Below, piece after piece: positions 1-9,924 of a DNA stretch of 64,000 nt. Location: NCBI GenBank assembly GCA_965248925.1, contig CBDFLE010000006.1:3072001-3136000 (forward strand), in the 5' to 3' direction. The DNA comes from Candidatus Multivoradales bacterium (GTDB taxonomy: Bacteria; Acidobacteriota; Thermoanaerobaculia; Multivoradales; J023). Below the pieces are notes generated by a model that saw only the letters and a program-made list of their open reading frames with translations, had not been told where the DNA came from and did no database searches. The position numbers and the translations under genes were made by a program. Positions within the stretch are counted from its first letter, which is position 1; the number at the start of each line of letters is the position of its first letter.

Positions 1-25
1 CCGCTGGCGAGGGGGGGGGCGGCTG

Positions 26-1111
26 ATGCTCTACCACTTGCTCTATCCGCTGCGTGGCGAGCTGGGACTGTTCAACGTCTTTGGCTACATCACTTTCCGC
101 ACCGCTGCCGCGGTGGTCACGGCCTTGCTCTTCTCATTGCTGCTGGGGCCGTGGTTCATCCGCACCTTGCGCCGCCTGTCGGTGGGTCAGAACATCCGCG
201 ACGTGGGCCCGGAATCGCACCTGGTCAAGGCGGGCACGCCGACCATGGGCGGCCTGTTGATCCTCTCGGCGCTGTTGCTCGGCACGTTGCTGTGGGCCGA
301 TCTGACCAATCCCTATGTCTGGTTGGTCACCGGCGTGACGGTGGCTTTTGGTGCGATCGGCTTCTACGACGACTTCATCAAGGTGCGCAAGAAGCGCAAT
401 CTGGGCCTGACCTCGCGCGCTAAGTTCTTGGCTCAGGCGGTGGTTGGGCTGACTATCGGCGCACTGCTGCTGAACCTGGCCGAGCCTTGGGCCTTCGAGC
501 CCGAACTCACTTTCCCCTTCTTCAAGCACTTGGTGTTACCCCTGGGCTTGCTCTACGTGCCCTTCATCGCCTTCTTGCTGACCGGCGCCTCGAATGCGGT
601 CAATCTGACTGACGGCCTCGATGGCCTGGCGATTGGCACTACCTTGGTGGCTGCCGCCACCTACGCCATTTTCACTTATGCCGCCGGTAATAAGGTGATC
701 GCCGATTACCTGCAAATCTCCTTTGAGCCCGGTCTCGGCGAAGTCACCATTTTCTGTGGTGCGCTGGTTGGCGCTAGCCTGGGTTTCTTGTGGTTCAACA
801 GTCATCCGGCGGAAGTCTTCATGGGCGATGTCGGCTCGTTGGCCTTGGGTGGCGGCATCGGCATGGTGGCGGTGCTGGCCAAGCAAGAGCTGTTGCTGGC
901 GGTAGTGGGCGGCATCTTCGTGCTCGAAGCGCTGTCGGTGATCATCCAGGTGGGTTCGTTCAAGCTCACCGGCAAGCGGGTCTTCCGCATGGCGCCGTTG
1001 CATCACCATTTCGAACTCAAGGGTTGGTCCGAGCCGAAGATCATTGTCCGTTTCTGGATCTTGGCGATCCTCTTTGCCCTGGTCAGCCTGTCGACTTTGA
1101 AGTTGCGCTAG
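26..1111 (+). CDS. mraY: Phospho-N-acetylmuramoyl-pentapeptide transferase
   Basis: Motifs [29 protein letters not shown] and MAPLHHHFE; polytopic membrane protein; dcw context. Confidence 0.98.
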   Translation: MLYHLLYPLRGELGLFNVFGYITFRTAAAVVTALLFSLLLGPWFIRTLRRLSVGQNIRDVGPESHLVKAGTPTMGGLLILSALLLGTLLWADLTNPYVWLVTGVTVAFGAIGFYDDFIKVRKKRNLGLTSRAKFLAQAVVGLTIGALLLNLAEPWAFEPELTFPFFKHLVLPLGLLYVPFIAFLLTGASNAVNLTDGLDGLAIGTTLVAAATYAIFTYAAGNKVIADYLQISFEPGLGEVTIFCGALVGASLGFLWFNSHPAEVFMGDVGSLALGGGIGMVAVLAKQELLLAVVGGIFVLEALSVIIQVGSFKLTGKRVFRMAPLHHHFELKGWSEPKIIVRFWILAILFALVSLSTLKLR

Positions 1112-1124
1112 GGGGGATGGGGTG

Positions 1125-2522
1125 ATGCAAGTGCCATGGAGTGAGCAAGGTTGGCGGCGGGCGGCGGTCTACGGCCTGGGCCTGTCGGGGCGGGCAGCGG
1201 CGGCTTTGCTGCGCTCGCGCGGGGTCGAGGTGGTGGCCTTTGATGCTCGCCCGGCGAGCGCGCTGGACCTCCAGCCGCTGGCCGCCGATGCGGGCGTCGA
1301 GCTGCGACTCGGTGCCGAGCCTGATTGTCTGCCGGCCGATTTGGACGGCGTAGTCACCAGTCCTGGAGTACCTTTTGATCAACCGCTGCTCGAATTGGCT
1401 CGGCGTCGCGGGTTGCCGGTAGTGGCCGAGGTCGAGCTAGCCTTTGCGCTGCTCGACGGCGAGGTGGTGGCGATCACCGGTTCGAACGGCAAGAGCACGA
1501 CGACCGCCTTGACTGGCGAGATCCTGCGCCGTGCCGGCCACCGCGTAGAGGTGTGTGGCAACATCGGCCGACCGTTGGCGGCAGCGGTCGAGGGACCAGC
1601 CGGTCGGGTGTTCGTGGTCGAGCTGTCGAGCTTCCAGCTAGAGGCGGTCAGCCACTTCCGACCGCGGGCGGCGGCGCTGCTGAATCTTTCCGCTGATCAC
1701 CTCGATCGGCACGGCGATATGGCGAGCTATTTGGCCGCCAAGCAGCGCATTTTCCAGCGTCAGGGCGCTGGCGATATAGCGGTGCTGGGTGGCGACGACC
1801 CACAGATTGCCGCCATGGCGCTGCCGGCGGGGGTCAGGCGCCGCACCTTTGCTTGCCAGGCTGAAGTCGAAGACGGCTGCCGACTACTGGGTGGTCGGGT
1901 GCTCGAAGAGCAGCCCGACGGCGAGGCGATGGAGTTGTTCCGCAGCGCGGATTTGCGTCTGGTGGGTCGACACAATCTCGAGAATGCGATGGCGGCGGCA
2001 CTGCTGGCGCGGGCTGTCGATACCGAGCCGGCGGCAATCGCTGGCGGCATACGGGCCTTCAGCGGTTTGCCGCATCGCCTGCAGTGGGTGGCCGAGCGGC
2101 GGGGAGTGCCCTGGTTCGACGATTCCAAGGGAACCAATCCGGGGGCAACTGCTCGTTCGCTGGAAGACTTCGCAGACGGCAGCGTGCACCTCATCTTGGG
2201 AGGGCGCAACAAAGGTGCCGATTTCTCTTCCCTGCGCTCCTTGGTGGCGCAGAAGGCGCGCCGGGTCTATCTGATCGGCGAAGCGGCGGTTGAGTTGGCC
2301 GCGGCTCTGGGCTCGGCTTCGGCAGCAGCACTACCGTTGGAGAAGGTGGCTACTTTGCAGCGCGCGGTGGCCTCGGCGGCCAAACGGGCGGTGGTGGGCG
2401 AGGTGGTAGTGCTGTCGCCGGCTTGCGCCAGTTTCGACCAGTTTCGCAGTTTCGGCGAGCGTGGCGAGACCTTTCAACGCCTGGTGCGCGAGCTTGGCGA
2501 GGGAGGTGGCGATGGCGCGTAA
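1125..2522 (+). CDS. murD: UDP-N-acetylmuramoylalanine--D-glutamate ligase
   Basis: GLGLSG, AITGSNGKSTTT, ELSSFQLE, DHLDRH, DDSKGTN, LSPACASFDQF. Start is ATG 1125 or GTG 1122. Confidence 0.97.
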   Translation: MQVPWSEQGWRRAAVYGLGLSGRAAAALLRSRGVEVVAFDARPASALDLQPLAADAGVELRLGAEPDCLPADLDGVVTSPGVPFDQPLLELARRRGLPVVAEVELAFALLDGEVVAITGSNGKSTTTALTGEILRRAGHRVEVCGNIGRPLAAAVEGPAGRVFVVELSSFQLEAVSHFRPRAAALLNLSADHLDRHGDMASYLAAKQRIFQRQGAGDIAVLGGDDPQIAAMALPAGVRRRTFACQAEVEDGCRLLGGRVLEEQPDGEAMELFRSADLRLVGRHNLENAMAAALLARAVDTEPAAIAGGIRAFSGLPHRLQWVAERRGVPWFDDSKGTNPGATARSLEDFADGSVHLILGGRNKGADFSSLRSLVAQKARRVYLIGEAAVELAAALGSASAAALPLEKVATLQRAVASAAKRAVVGEVVVLSPACASFDQFRSFGERGETFQRLVRELGEGGGDGA

Positions 2523-3600
2523 GCTGGCTTTTGACCGCTATCTCTTCGCGGTCGTTCTGATGCTGGTGATCCTCGGCCTGGTGATGGTCTATTCGGCTAG
2601 CGCGGTGCTGGCTCAGGCCAAGGGATATAGCGTCAATCTATTCTTCGTCAAGCAGGTGTTGGCGGCGGTGGTCGGCCTGGTGGCGATGCTGGCGGTGATG
2701 CATGTGGACTACCGCTGGTTGCGGCGGCCAGCGGTGGCTTACGTCTTGGTGGGCGGAGCCTTGGTGTTGCTGGTGGCGGTGCTCTTCGCTCCGGCGCTCA
2801 ACAATTCGCGACGTTGGTTTTATTTTGGCGGCTTGTCGATCCAGCCCTCCGAACTGGCCAAGTTAGCCCTGGTGATCTACATCGCCTACCAGATCGACCG
2901 TAAGCGCGAGCACGGCCAGAGCTATGCCTTCTTGGTGCCGTCAGTGGTGATGACGGCTTTGATGGCCTCCTTGATCTTGCTCGGCCGAGATCTGGGTACC
3001 ACCGTGCTGTTGGCGACGCCGGCGGCGCTGATGGTCTTCCTCGCGGGCATCTCTTGGCGCTATCTGGCGGCCGGGGGCTTGATCATGCTGCCCTTGGCGG
3101 TGGTCGGGGTGTGGATCGAGCCCTACCGCTTTAAGCGGCTGACCTCGTTCCTCGATCCCCAGGCCGACCCCTTGGGCAGTGGTTTCCAGCTGCTGCAGTC
3201 GCTGATCGCCATCGGCTCTGGCGGGGTCTTTGGCCTCGGGCCCGGCAAGAGCTTGCAGAAGCTCTATTTTCTGCCCTCACCGCATGCCGATTTCATCTAC
3301 GCCATCGTCGCCGAAGAACTCGGCCTGATCGGCGCCGTCACCGTGTTGGCGTTGGTGGCGATCTTGCTGTGGCGGGGGGTGCTGGCGGGGCTGAATGCAC
3401 CGGATGTCTTCGGCCGCTACTTGGCTTGGGGGCTGACTGGATTGATCTCGATCCAGTCGCTGGTTCACATCAGTGTGGCGCTGGGTTTGCTGCCCTCGAC
3501 CGGAGTGCCCTTGCCCTTCATCTCCCACGGCGGCTCGTCGCTGGTTACCTCGTTGGTGGCTTGCGGTCTGGTGCTCAACGTCTCGCAGCATGGACGATGA
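2512..3600 (+). CDS. ftsW: SEDS peptidoglycan polymerase FtsW
   Basis: MVYSAS, IQPSELAK, QKLYFLPSPHADFI, PLPFISHGGSS; ATG 2512 follows a GGAGG RBS. Confidence 0.96.
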   Translation: MARKLAFDRYLFAVVLMLVILGLVMVYSASAVLAQAKGYSVNLFFVKQVLAAVVGLVAMLAVMHVDYRWLRRPAVAYVLVGGALVLLVAVLFAPALNNSRRWFYFGGLSIQPSELAKLALVIYIAYQIDRKREHGQSYAFLVPSVVMTALMASLILLGRDLGTTVLLATPAALMVFLAGISWRYLAAGGLIMLPLAVVGVWIEPYRFKRLTSFLDPQADPLGSGFQLLQSLIAIGSGGVFGLGPGKSLQKLYFLPSPHADFIYAIVAEELGLIGAVTVLALVAILLWRGVLAGLNAPDVFGRYLAWGLTGLISIQSLVHISVALGLLPSTGVPLPFISHGGSSLVTSLVACGLVLNVSQHGR

Positions 3601-4712
3601 AGATGGGCGATAGGGGAAGTACAAGGTTTGTCCGCGGTACCGTGCTGATCAGTGGTGGCGGCAGCGGCGGTCACGTTTTTCCCGGCTTGGCGGTGGCGGC
3701 GGCGCTCGCGCGTCGTGGCTGGGCGGTGAGCTGGGCCGGCGCCCAGAACGGCATGGAGAGCCGCCTGGTGCGGGAGCAGGGATTGGAGTTCCACCCTTTG
3801 GCTGCCCGGCCAGTTGTGGGACGCGGTTTGCTGGGCAAAGCGGCAGCGGTTCTCACCCTGCTGCGCTCTGCCTTGAGCGCTCGATCATTGGTGCGCCGCC
3901 TGGGTGCCCGCCTGGTGGTGGGTACCGGTGGCTATGTCTCGGCCCCAGCTGTGCTCGGTGCCCGGTTGGCGAGACGTCCAGCTTTGTTGGTGGAGCCCAA
4001 CGCCGAGCCTGGCCTGGCCAATCGTTGGTTGTCACGCTTGGCGACCGCGGCGGCGGTGGCTTTGCCGTCGACCGCGGAGCATTTGCATTGTCCGGCGGAG
4101 GTCTGCGGTGTGCCGGTGCGCTCGGCCTTTTTTGAGGTCGCGGCCGAGCCGCCCGCCTCCGGGCCGTGGCGTTTGTTGGTGTTGGGTGGCAGCCAGGGCG
4201 CAGCGCAGCTCAATGAGCTGGTGCCAGCAGCCTTGGTGGCGCTGGCGCAGCGTGGTCTCGAGTTTCAAGTCCTGCATCAAGCGGGCCGCGGCAAGGATCT
4301 GGCGACGCGCCAAGCCTACGTTGAGCAGGGAGTCGAGGAGCAGGTGGTGGTCGAGGCCTTTCTCGACGATGTCGCCGCCGCCATGGGCAACAGCCACCTG
4401 GTGATTTCTCGTGCTGGAGCGATCACCCTGGCGGAGATCTGTGCCGCCGGTCGAGCCGCCGTTTTGGTGCCTTTGGCTGCCGCTGCTGGCAGCCATCAGG
4501 TGGTCAATGCGGAGCGCTTGGCGGCCACTGGCGCTGCCCGCGCGTTGGGCCCCGGAGCGGCTACCGTGGAAGCGCTCACCGCCAGCCTTGCCGAGATTTT
4601 TGGCGACCCGCCGCGGTTGCAGCGGATGGCCGCCGCGGCGAGTTCCTTGGCTCGTATCAATGCCGCGGAGCGCATTGCCGATCAGGCCGAGCGGCTGGGG
4701 GGGCGGGACTGA
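3597..4712 (+). CDS. murG: Undecaprenyl-PP-MurNAc-pentapeptide GlcNAc transferase
   Basis: GGGSGGHVFPG, GTGGYVS, GGSQGA, SRAGA..AE; ATGA overlap with the ftsW stop. Confidence 0.96.
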   Translation: MKMGDRGSTRFVRGTVLISGGGSGGHVFPGLAVAAALARRGWAVSWAGAQNGMESRLVREQGLEFHPLAARPVVGRGLLGKAAAVLTLLRSALSARSLVRRLGARLVVGTGGYVSAPAVLGARLARRPALLVEPNAEPGLANRWLSRLATAAAVALPSTAEHLHCPAEVCGVPVRSAFFEVAAEPPASGPWRLLVLGGSQGAAQLNELVPAALVALAQRGLEFQVLHQAGRGKDLATRQAYVEQGVEEQVVVEAFLDDVAAAMGNSHLVISRAGAITLAEICAAGRAAVLVPLAAAAGSHQVVNAERLAATGAARALGPGAATVEALTASLAEIFGDPPRLQRMAAAASSLARINAAERIADQAERLGGRD

Positions 4713-6106
4713 TGTTTCGTCGCTTCGCTGGCCTTCAGCACGTGCATTTCATCGGCATCGGTGGTGTGGGCATGAGTGGTATCGCCGAGGTTCTGTTGAG
4801 CTACGACTTCAAAGTCAGTGGCTGTGATCAGGCGATCGGCGCCGCTGCTCGGCGGCTTCGTAAGTTGGGTGTCGAGGTCGTAGAAGGGCACGGCGCTGAT
4901 CATCTGCACGGTGTTGACCTGGTGGTCAAGTCTTCGGCGGTGGCAGACGACAATCCGGAGATTCTAGCTGCCCGCGAACGCGGTATCACCGTCGTGCGAC
5001 GGGCCGAGATGCTAGGCGAGTTGATGCGTTTGAAGTACGGCATCGCGGTGGCCGGCAGCCATGGCAAGACCACCACCACCTCATTGATCGGCCACCTGAT
5101 GGTCGAGGCGGATCTCGATCCGACGGTGATCGTCGGCGGCCGGATGCAGGTTTCGGGCACTGGCGCACGGGTGGGCCGCAGCGAATTTCTGGTCGCTGAA
5201 GCTGACGAATACGATCGTAGCTTCTTGCGACTGATGCCGATTCTGGCGGTGGTGACCTCGATCGATCGCGATCATTTGGACACCTACGGCGACCTGCAAG
5301 CAATCTGCGAGGCTTTCGTCGATTTCGCCGAGCGAGTGCCCTTCTTTGGCAAGATCATCCTCTGCCTGGATGACGCCAACATCCAGCGCTTGCTGCCCCG
5401 GCTGGCCGCCGAGCATCGGGTGATGACTTACGGACTGACTCCGCAGGCGGAGCTCAGCGCGGCGAATTTGCGTGCCTCGCCAGCGGGCTGTCGGTTCGAA
5501 GTAGAACTCGCTGGTGAGGGTCGATTGGGGGAGATCACCTTGCCGATGCCAGGCCGGCACAACGTGCAGAACGCGCTGGCGGCGGTGGCAGTAGGTTTGT
5601 CCCTCGGTCTGGCGATCAAGGATATTGCCGAGGGCCTGTCGAATTTTGGTGGTGTGCATCGCCGTTTCGAGCGGGTTGGCGACTGGCGCGGCGCGGCGGT
5701 GATCGACGATTATGCCCACCACCCGACCGAGGTCGCGGCGACTTTGCAGGCGGCTCACCAAGCCTTTCCGGAAGGGCGGATCTTCGCCATTTTTCAGCCT
5801 CATTTGTTCTCTCGCACGCGTGATTTGGCGGCAGACTTTGGACGTTCGTTGATGGGCGCGGATCGGGCCATCGTCACCTCGATTTACCCCTCGCGAGAGC
5901 AGCCCATCGCAGGCGTGAGCGGTCTCGATGTGGTGCGGGCTGCCCGCGACTCAGGCCACCGGCGGGTGGACTATTGCGAAGACTGGCGGCAAGTGGATCA
6001 GTATCTCGGTGCCGAGGTTGCCAGCGGTGATGTAGTGCTCACCCTAGGTGCCGGCGACATCGTTCGCTTGGCGCGGCGCCTGGTGGCGGCGGAGGCAGAG
6101 GTTTGA
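4712..6106 (+). CDS. murC: UDP-N-acetylmuramate--L-alanine ligase
   Basis: HFIGIGGVGMSG, GSHGKTTTT, EADEYD, DDYAHHPTE, FQPH. Confidence 0.97.
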   Translation: MFRRFAGLQHVHFIGIGGVGMSGIAEVLLSYDFKVSGCDQAIGAAARRLRKLGVEVVEGHGADHLHGVDLVVKSSAVADDNPEILAARERGITVVRRAEMLGELMRLKYGIAVAGSHGKTTTTSLIGHLMVEADLDPTVIVGGRMQVSGTGARVGRSEFLVAEADEYDRSFLRLMPILAVVTSIDRDHLDTYGDLQAICEAFVDFAERVPFFGKIILCLDDANIQRLLPRLAAEHRVMTYGLTPQAELSAANLRASPAGCRFEVELAGEGRLGEITLPMPGRHNVQNALAAVAVGLSLGLAIKDIAEGLSNFGGVHRRFERVGDWRGAAVIDDYAHHPTEVAATLQAAHQAFPEGRIFAIFQPHLFSRTRDLAADFGRSLMGADRAIVTSIYPSREQPIAGVSGLDVVRAARDSGHRRVDYCEDWRQVDQYLGAEVASGDVVLTLGAGDIVRLARRLVAAEAEV

Positions 6107-7023
6107 AGGGGCCGGGAAAAGGCGACCTGTCGCAGGCCTTTCTGCGCGGCCGGAGCTCGCGGCGGCGACTCGGCTCGCAGGCTGTTGAGCGCCCCACCAG
6201 CGCCGGCGGCATCGTGCCGCCAGGAGCGGTGGCGGTCGACAATGTGGTGCCTTTCAAACGTCGCCGAGGCCCGCGCCAGCGCCGCCAGCGCCGCCATCCG
6301 CTGATGCGGTTGTTGCGGCCGTTGGCGGGTGCGGTCGCCTTGGTGGGAACACCACTGGCCCTGGCGTTGTGCTTGCTGTGGGCGCCGCAGCTGGCCTTGG
6401 CCGAGGTGGAGACTCACGGTGGGGCGCGGGTGTCGGCCGTTTGGGTAGATCAGGTGCTGCAGCCAGAGTTGGGTAAGAGCCTGCTGTTGTTGCCCTTGGA
6501 ACGGGTGGCCGGCCAGCTGCACGAGCATCCTTGGGTGGATTCGGTGGCGTTGCGCAAGCGCCTGCCGCGGACCCTGGTGGTGAGGATCGAAGAAAGGCGG
6601 GCGGTAGCGCTGGTGCGCCAAGGCCATGACCTAGCCTTCCTCGACCGCCAAGGGCAGCCGATCGCCCCCTTCGACCCCCGCTTGGGGTCGTCGGATTTGC
6701 CGCTGGTGACCCGCTCCAAATCGGCGGCCACCGACTTGCGCCATGCCCTCGACATGGTCGAAGAGATTGGCCGAGTACGGCCCGATTGGGGCGCCGGGTT
6801 GTCGGAGGTCGAAGTGCTCGGCGAAGAGGATTTTAGGGTGTTTACCGACAGCTTGCCCTTTCCGCTGTTGGTGAAGACTGGTGATTTTGAATCCAAGGCT
6901 CGCCGCTTGGAGACCCTGTTGCCGCAGATTGTCGAGCGCTACGGCTCGGTGGCGGCCCTCGATCTCCGTTTTGAGCGGCGGATCATTTTGCAACCTTCTG
7001 CCCGTCGGCGACGGGACGGCTGA
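6103..7023 (+). CDS. ftsQ: Cell division protein FtsQ/DivIB
   Basis: Basic N-terminal tail, one TM helix, POTRA-like PWV..V.LRKRLPRTL.VRIEER, C-terminal LDLRF; lies between murC and ftsA. Start uncertain. Confidence 0.88.
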   Translation: MKGPGKGDLSQAFLRGRSSRRRLGSQAVERPTSAGGIVPPGAVAVDNVVPFKRRRGPRQRRQRRHPLMRLLRPLAGAVALVGTPLALALCLLWAPQLALAEVETHGGARVSAVWVDQVLQPELGKSLLLLPLERVAGQLHEHPWVDSVALRKRLPRTLVVRIEERRAVALVRQGHDLAFLDRQGQPIAPFDPRLGSSDLPLVTRSKSAATDLRHALDMVEEIGRVRPDWGAGLSEVEVLGEEDFRVFTDSLPFPLLVKTGDFESKARRLETLLPQIVERYGSVAALDLRFERRIILQPSARRRRDG

Positions 7024-7045
7024 TGGACGGAAGAGGAGACTAACC

Positions 7046-8287
7046 ATGGCCAAGACAGATCCCTATCTGGTGGCGATTGACATTGGCTCGGCGAAGGTCG
7101 GTGTGTTGATCGGCCAGCGTGATGAGCACGGCAAGCTGGAGGTCGTCGGTAAGGGCGAGGCCCCCAACCGCGGTACCCGCAAGGGCAACATCGTCAATGT
7201 CGAGCAGACCGTCGAGGCGTTGCGGCAAGCCAGCGAAGAAGCCGAGGTGATGGCGGGCTACGAGATTTCCCGCGCCTATGTCGGGGCGGCGGGCACCGAC
7301 GTTCGCTCGGTCAACTCCCGGGCGATGGTGTCGGTGGCGCGGAAAGACCGCGAGATCACCCGGCAGGATATCCAGCGGGTGGTCGACGCCGCCCGGTCTG
7401 AAGCTTCTCTGCCTTCGGACCGCGAGGTGCTGCACGCCATCCCGCAGGAATTCATGGTCGATTCCCAAGGCGGCATCAGCGAGCCCTTGGGCATGCTAGG
7501 CAGCCGGCTGGAGGTAACCTTGCATCTGGTGACCGGCAACATCACCCGCACCAAGACCCTGCAAACCTGCGTCAACCGCGCCGGTATCGAGGTGGTCGAA
7601 GTGGTGTTCGAGCCCTTGGCGACCGCCGAAGCGGTGCTGTCGAACGATGAACGCGAGCTCGGGGTGCTGCTGATCGACATCGGCTGTGGCAGCTCCGAGT
7701 ACGTTTTGTTGGCCGACGGTCAAGTGCTGCACAGCGCGGTTTTACCGATCGGTGCCAGTCACTTCACCAGCGACTTGGCGATGGTGCTGCGCACTCCCTT
7801 TGCCGAGGCGGAGCTGATCAAAGTGCGTCATGGCTGCTGCATGGAGAGCCTGAGCGAAGACGGTGAGGGCGTCTCAGTGCCAGCGGTGGCCGGGGGCAGC
7901 ACCCGGGTGGTGCCCAAGCGCGAGTTGTGCGAGATCCTTGAGCCGCGGGCCGACGAGTTGCTCGGTCTGATCCGTGACGACTTGGCGAAGCAGGGTTGCG
8001 AAGACAACCTGCGTGGTGGGGTGGTGTTGACCGGTGGCGGAGCACAGCTCGACGGCTTGCTGGAACTGACCCAGCAGACCTTCTCGGCCGGTACTCGCTA
8101 CGGTACGCCGCTGGGCCTCGGTGGCCTGGTCGACGTGATCAGCGAACCCACCTGGTGTACAGCCTCGGGTCTGCTGCGTTACGGTCTGGCGGTCGAGCGC
8201 GCCGCTGGCGGCGCACGCCGCCGCAACCCCCTTTCCATGCGCGGTCTGATGGGCACCTTACGCGGTGTCTTTGCGGATCTGCTGTAA
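7046..8287 (+). CDS. ftsA: Cell division protein FtsA
   Basis: DIGSAKV, LHAIPQEF, IDIGCG, GVVLTGGGAQL; GAGGAG RBS before ATG 7046. Confidence 0.97.
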   Translation: MAKTDPYLVAIDIGSAKVGVLIGQRDEHGKLEVVGKGEAPNRGTRKGNIVNVEQTVEALRQASEEAEVMAGYEISRAYVGAAGTDVRSVNSRAMVSVARKDREITRQDIQRVVDAARSEASLPSDREVLHAIPQEFMVDSQGGISEPLGMLGSRLEVTLHLVTGNITRTKTLQTCVNRAGIEVVEVVFEPLATAEAVLSNDERELGVLLIDIGCGSSEYVLLADGQVLHSAVLPIGASHFTSDLAMVLRTPFAEAELIKVRHGCCMESLSEDGEGVSVPAVAGGSTRVVPKRELCEILEPRADELLGLIRDDLAKQGCEDNLRGGVVLTGGGAQLDGLLELTQQTFSAGTRYGTPLGLGGLVDVISEPTWCTASGLLRYGLAVERAAGGARRRNPLSMRGLMGTLRGVFADLL

Positions 8288-8347
8288 GAGAATGAACGAG
8301 AATCTGATAGAGATCGCTAGCGAACCACAGCCTGAAAGGAAAAAGAC

Positions 8348-9646
8348 ATGATCCTCTTTGACGACGACCGCCCGGAGCAGACCGACCTGCCCATCACGCT
8401 GAGCGATCCTGACTCTCTGCCGGCGCGGATCAAGGTCGTTGGTGTCGGCGGCGGTGGTGGCAATGCGGTCGACCGCATGATCGCCGCCGAGATGCGTGGC
8501 ATCGAATTCATCAGCGCCAACACCGACCTGCAGGCGCTGCGTCGGTCGGCGGCCGCCACCAAGCTCCAGCTGGGTACCAGCCTCACCCGGGGGCTTGGTG
8601 CCGGTGGCGATCCAGAAGTCGGCCGCAAGTCGGCATTGGAGGATACCGAGCGCATCTTAGAGTTGCTCGACGGTGCCGATATGGTGTTCATCACCGCTGG
8701 CCTAGGCGGTGGCTCGGGCTCTGGCGCGGCGCCGATCATCGCTTCACTGGCGGCCGAGATCGGTGCTCTGACGGTGGCTGTGGTGACCAAACCGTTCGGT
8801 TTTGAGGGACGCCGCCGGATGATGATCGCCGAGCGCGGGGTCGAGGAGCTGCGCAGCTCGGTCGATACTCTGATTACTATTCCCAATGAACGCTTACTGT
8901 CGTTTGTCGACCGCGGCACGCCCCTCGCCGAATCGTTCCTGATCGCCGACGACGTATTGCGCCAAGCAGTGCAGGGGATCAGTGATCTGATCACCGTGCC
9001 GGGTGAGATCAATGTCGACTTCGCCGACGTCAGGTCGATCATGACCGGCATGGGCATGGCATTAATGGGCACCGGTATCGCCAAGGGCGAGAACCGAGCC
9101 TTGGAGGCCGCCCAGCGCGCGATCTCCTCGCCGCTGCTCGAAGAGACCTCGATCGAGGGCGCCAAGGGAGTGCTGCTGAACATTTCCGGCGGTCGCGACC
9201 TAACCTTGCACGAAGTCGCCGAAGCGGCGCGGGTGATCGCCGAGGCGGTCGATCCAGAGGCCAATATCATCTCTGGCATGGTGATCGACGACGAGATGTC
9301 GGACGAGATGAAGGTGACGGTGATCGCCACCGGCTTCGATCGGGTCGCCGAATCCTCGCCCGAGCTGCGCCAGCGGCGTCTGAAGCCAGTGCGGATCGCC
9401 CGCTCGGTGCTGCGGGAAGAAGTCGAGCCGGTACCAGAGCCGGTCCTCCGGCGACCACCGGTGGGGAAGCGCAACGTAGCGGTCGAAGTCGAGCCGGAAA
9501 TGCCAGTGGAAGAACCCCGGCAAGTACCGTTCTTCCGCAAGGTGATAGCCAGCAACCAGCCCGACGATCCAGGTGGCTACGGTCCCAACTGGTCAAATGT
9601 TGACGACTACGATATTCCCACCGTGCTGCGCAAGCAGATGGACTGA
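8348..9646 (+). CDS. ftsZ: Cell division GTPase FtsZ
   Basis: [30 protein letters not shown] and C-terminal DIPTVLRK peptide. Confidence 0.98.
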   Translation: MILFDDDRPEQTDLPITLSDPDSLPARIKVVGVGGGGGNAVDRMIAAEMRGIEFISANTDLQALRRSAAATKLQLGTSLTRGLGAGGDPEVGRKSALEDTERILELLDGADMVFITAGLGGGSGSGAAPIIASLAAEIGALTVAVVTKPFGFEGRRRMMIAERGVEELRSSVDTLITIPNERLLSFVDRGTPLAESFLIADDVLRQAVQGISDLITVPGEINVDFADVRSIMTGMGMALMGTGIAKGENRALEAAQRAISSPLLEETSIEGAKGVLLNISGGRDLTLHEVAEAARVIAEAVDPEANIISGMVIDDEMSDEMKVTVIATGFDRVAESSPELRQRRLKPVRIARSVLREEVEPVPEPVLRRPPVGKRNVAVEVEPEMPVEEPRQVPFFRKVIASNQPDDPGGYGPNWSNVDDYDIPTVLRKQMD

Positions 9647-9924
9647 GCGAGTCACGGCAAGTTTTTTTGGTTGAACCCGGCACGGGCCTGTTTGGCGGGC
9701 TATAATTTCAGGTAGATGGTCAAATCCCCGTGATGTGGATCGGCTATCCAGGTCGGCGATCAGTCGAATTCAAGGGGCCACCGCCAATCAACCGCCGGAA
9801 AAATCACTCCGGCTCGGCGGTTTTGAGAGCAGTCAGTTGGGGTTGCGGCAGCACCGGGGGGTCCGGTGCGGGGTTGGGTGTGCAACGAAAGCTCCTGCAG
9901 CGGAGCTGTCGAGATTTGGGGGCA

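Noticed and set aside
8317-9555. 412-aa antisense ORF over ftsZ, and similar long antisense ORFs elsewhere such as 54786-55802 and 59318-60412
   Set aside because: Expected in high-GC DNA opposite well-supported genes.
9716-9731. GGTCAAATCCCC resembling a tRNA T-arm
   Set aside because: Lacks GTTC, and no cloverleaf or CCA end can be built around it.
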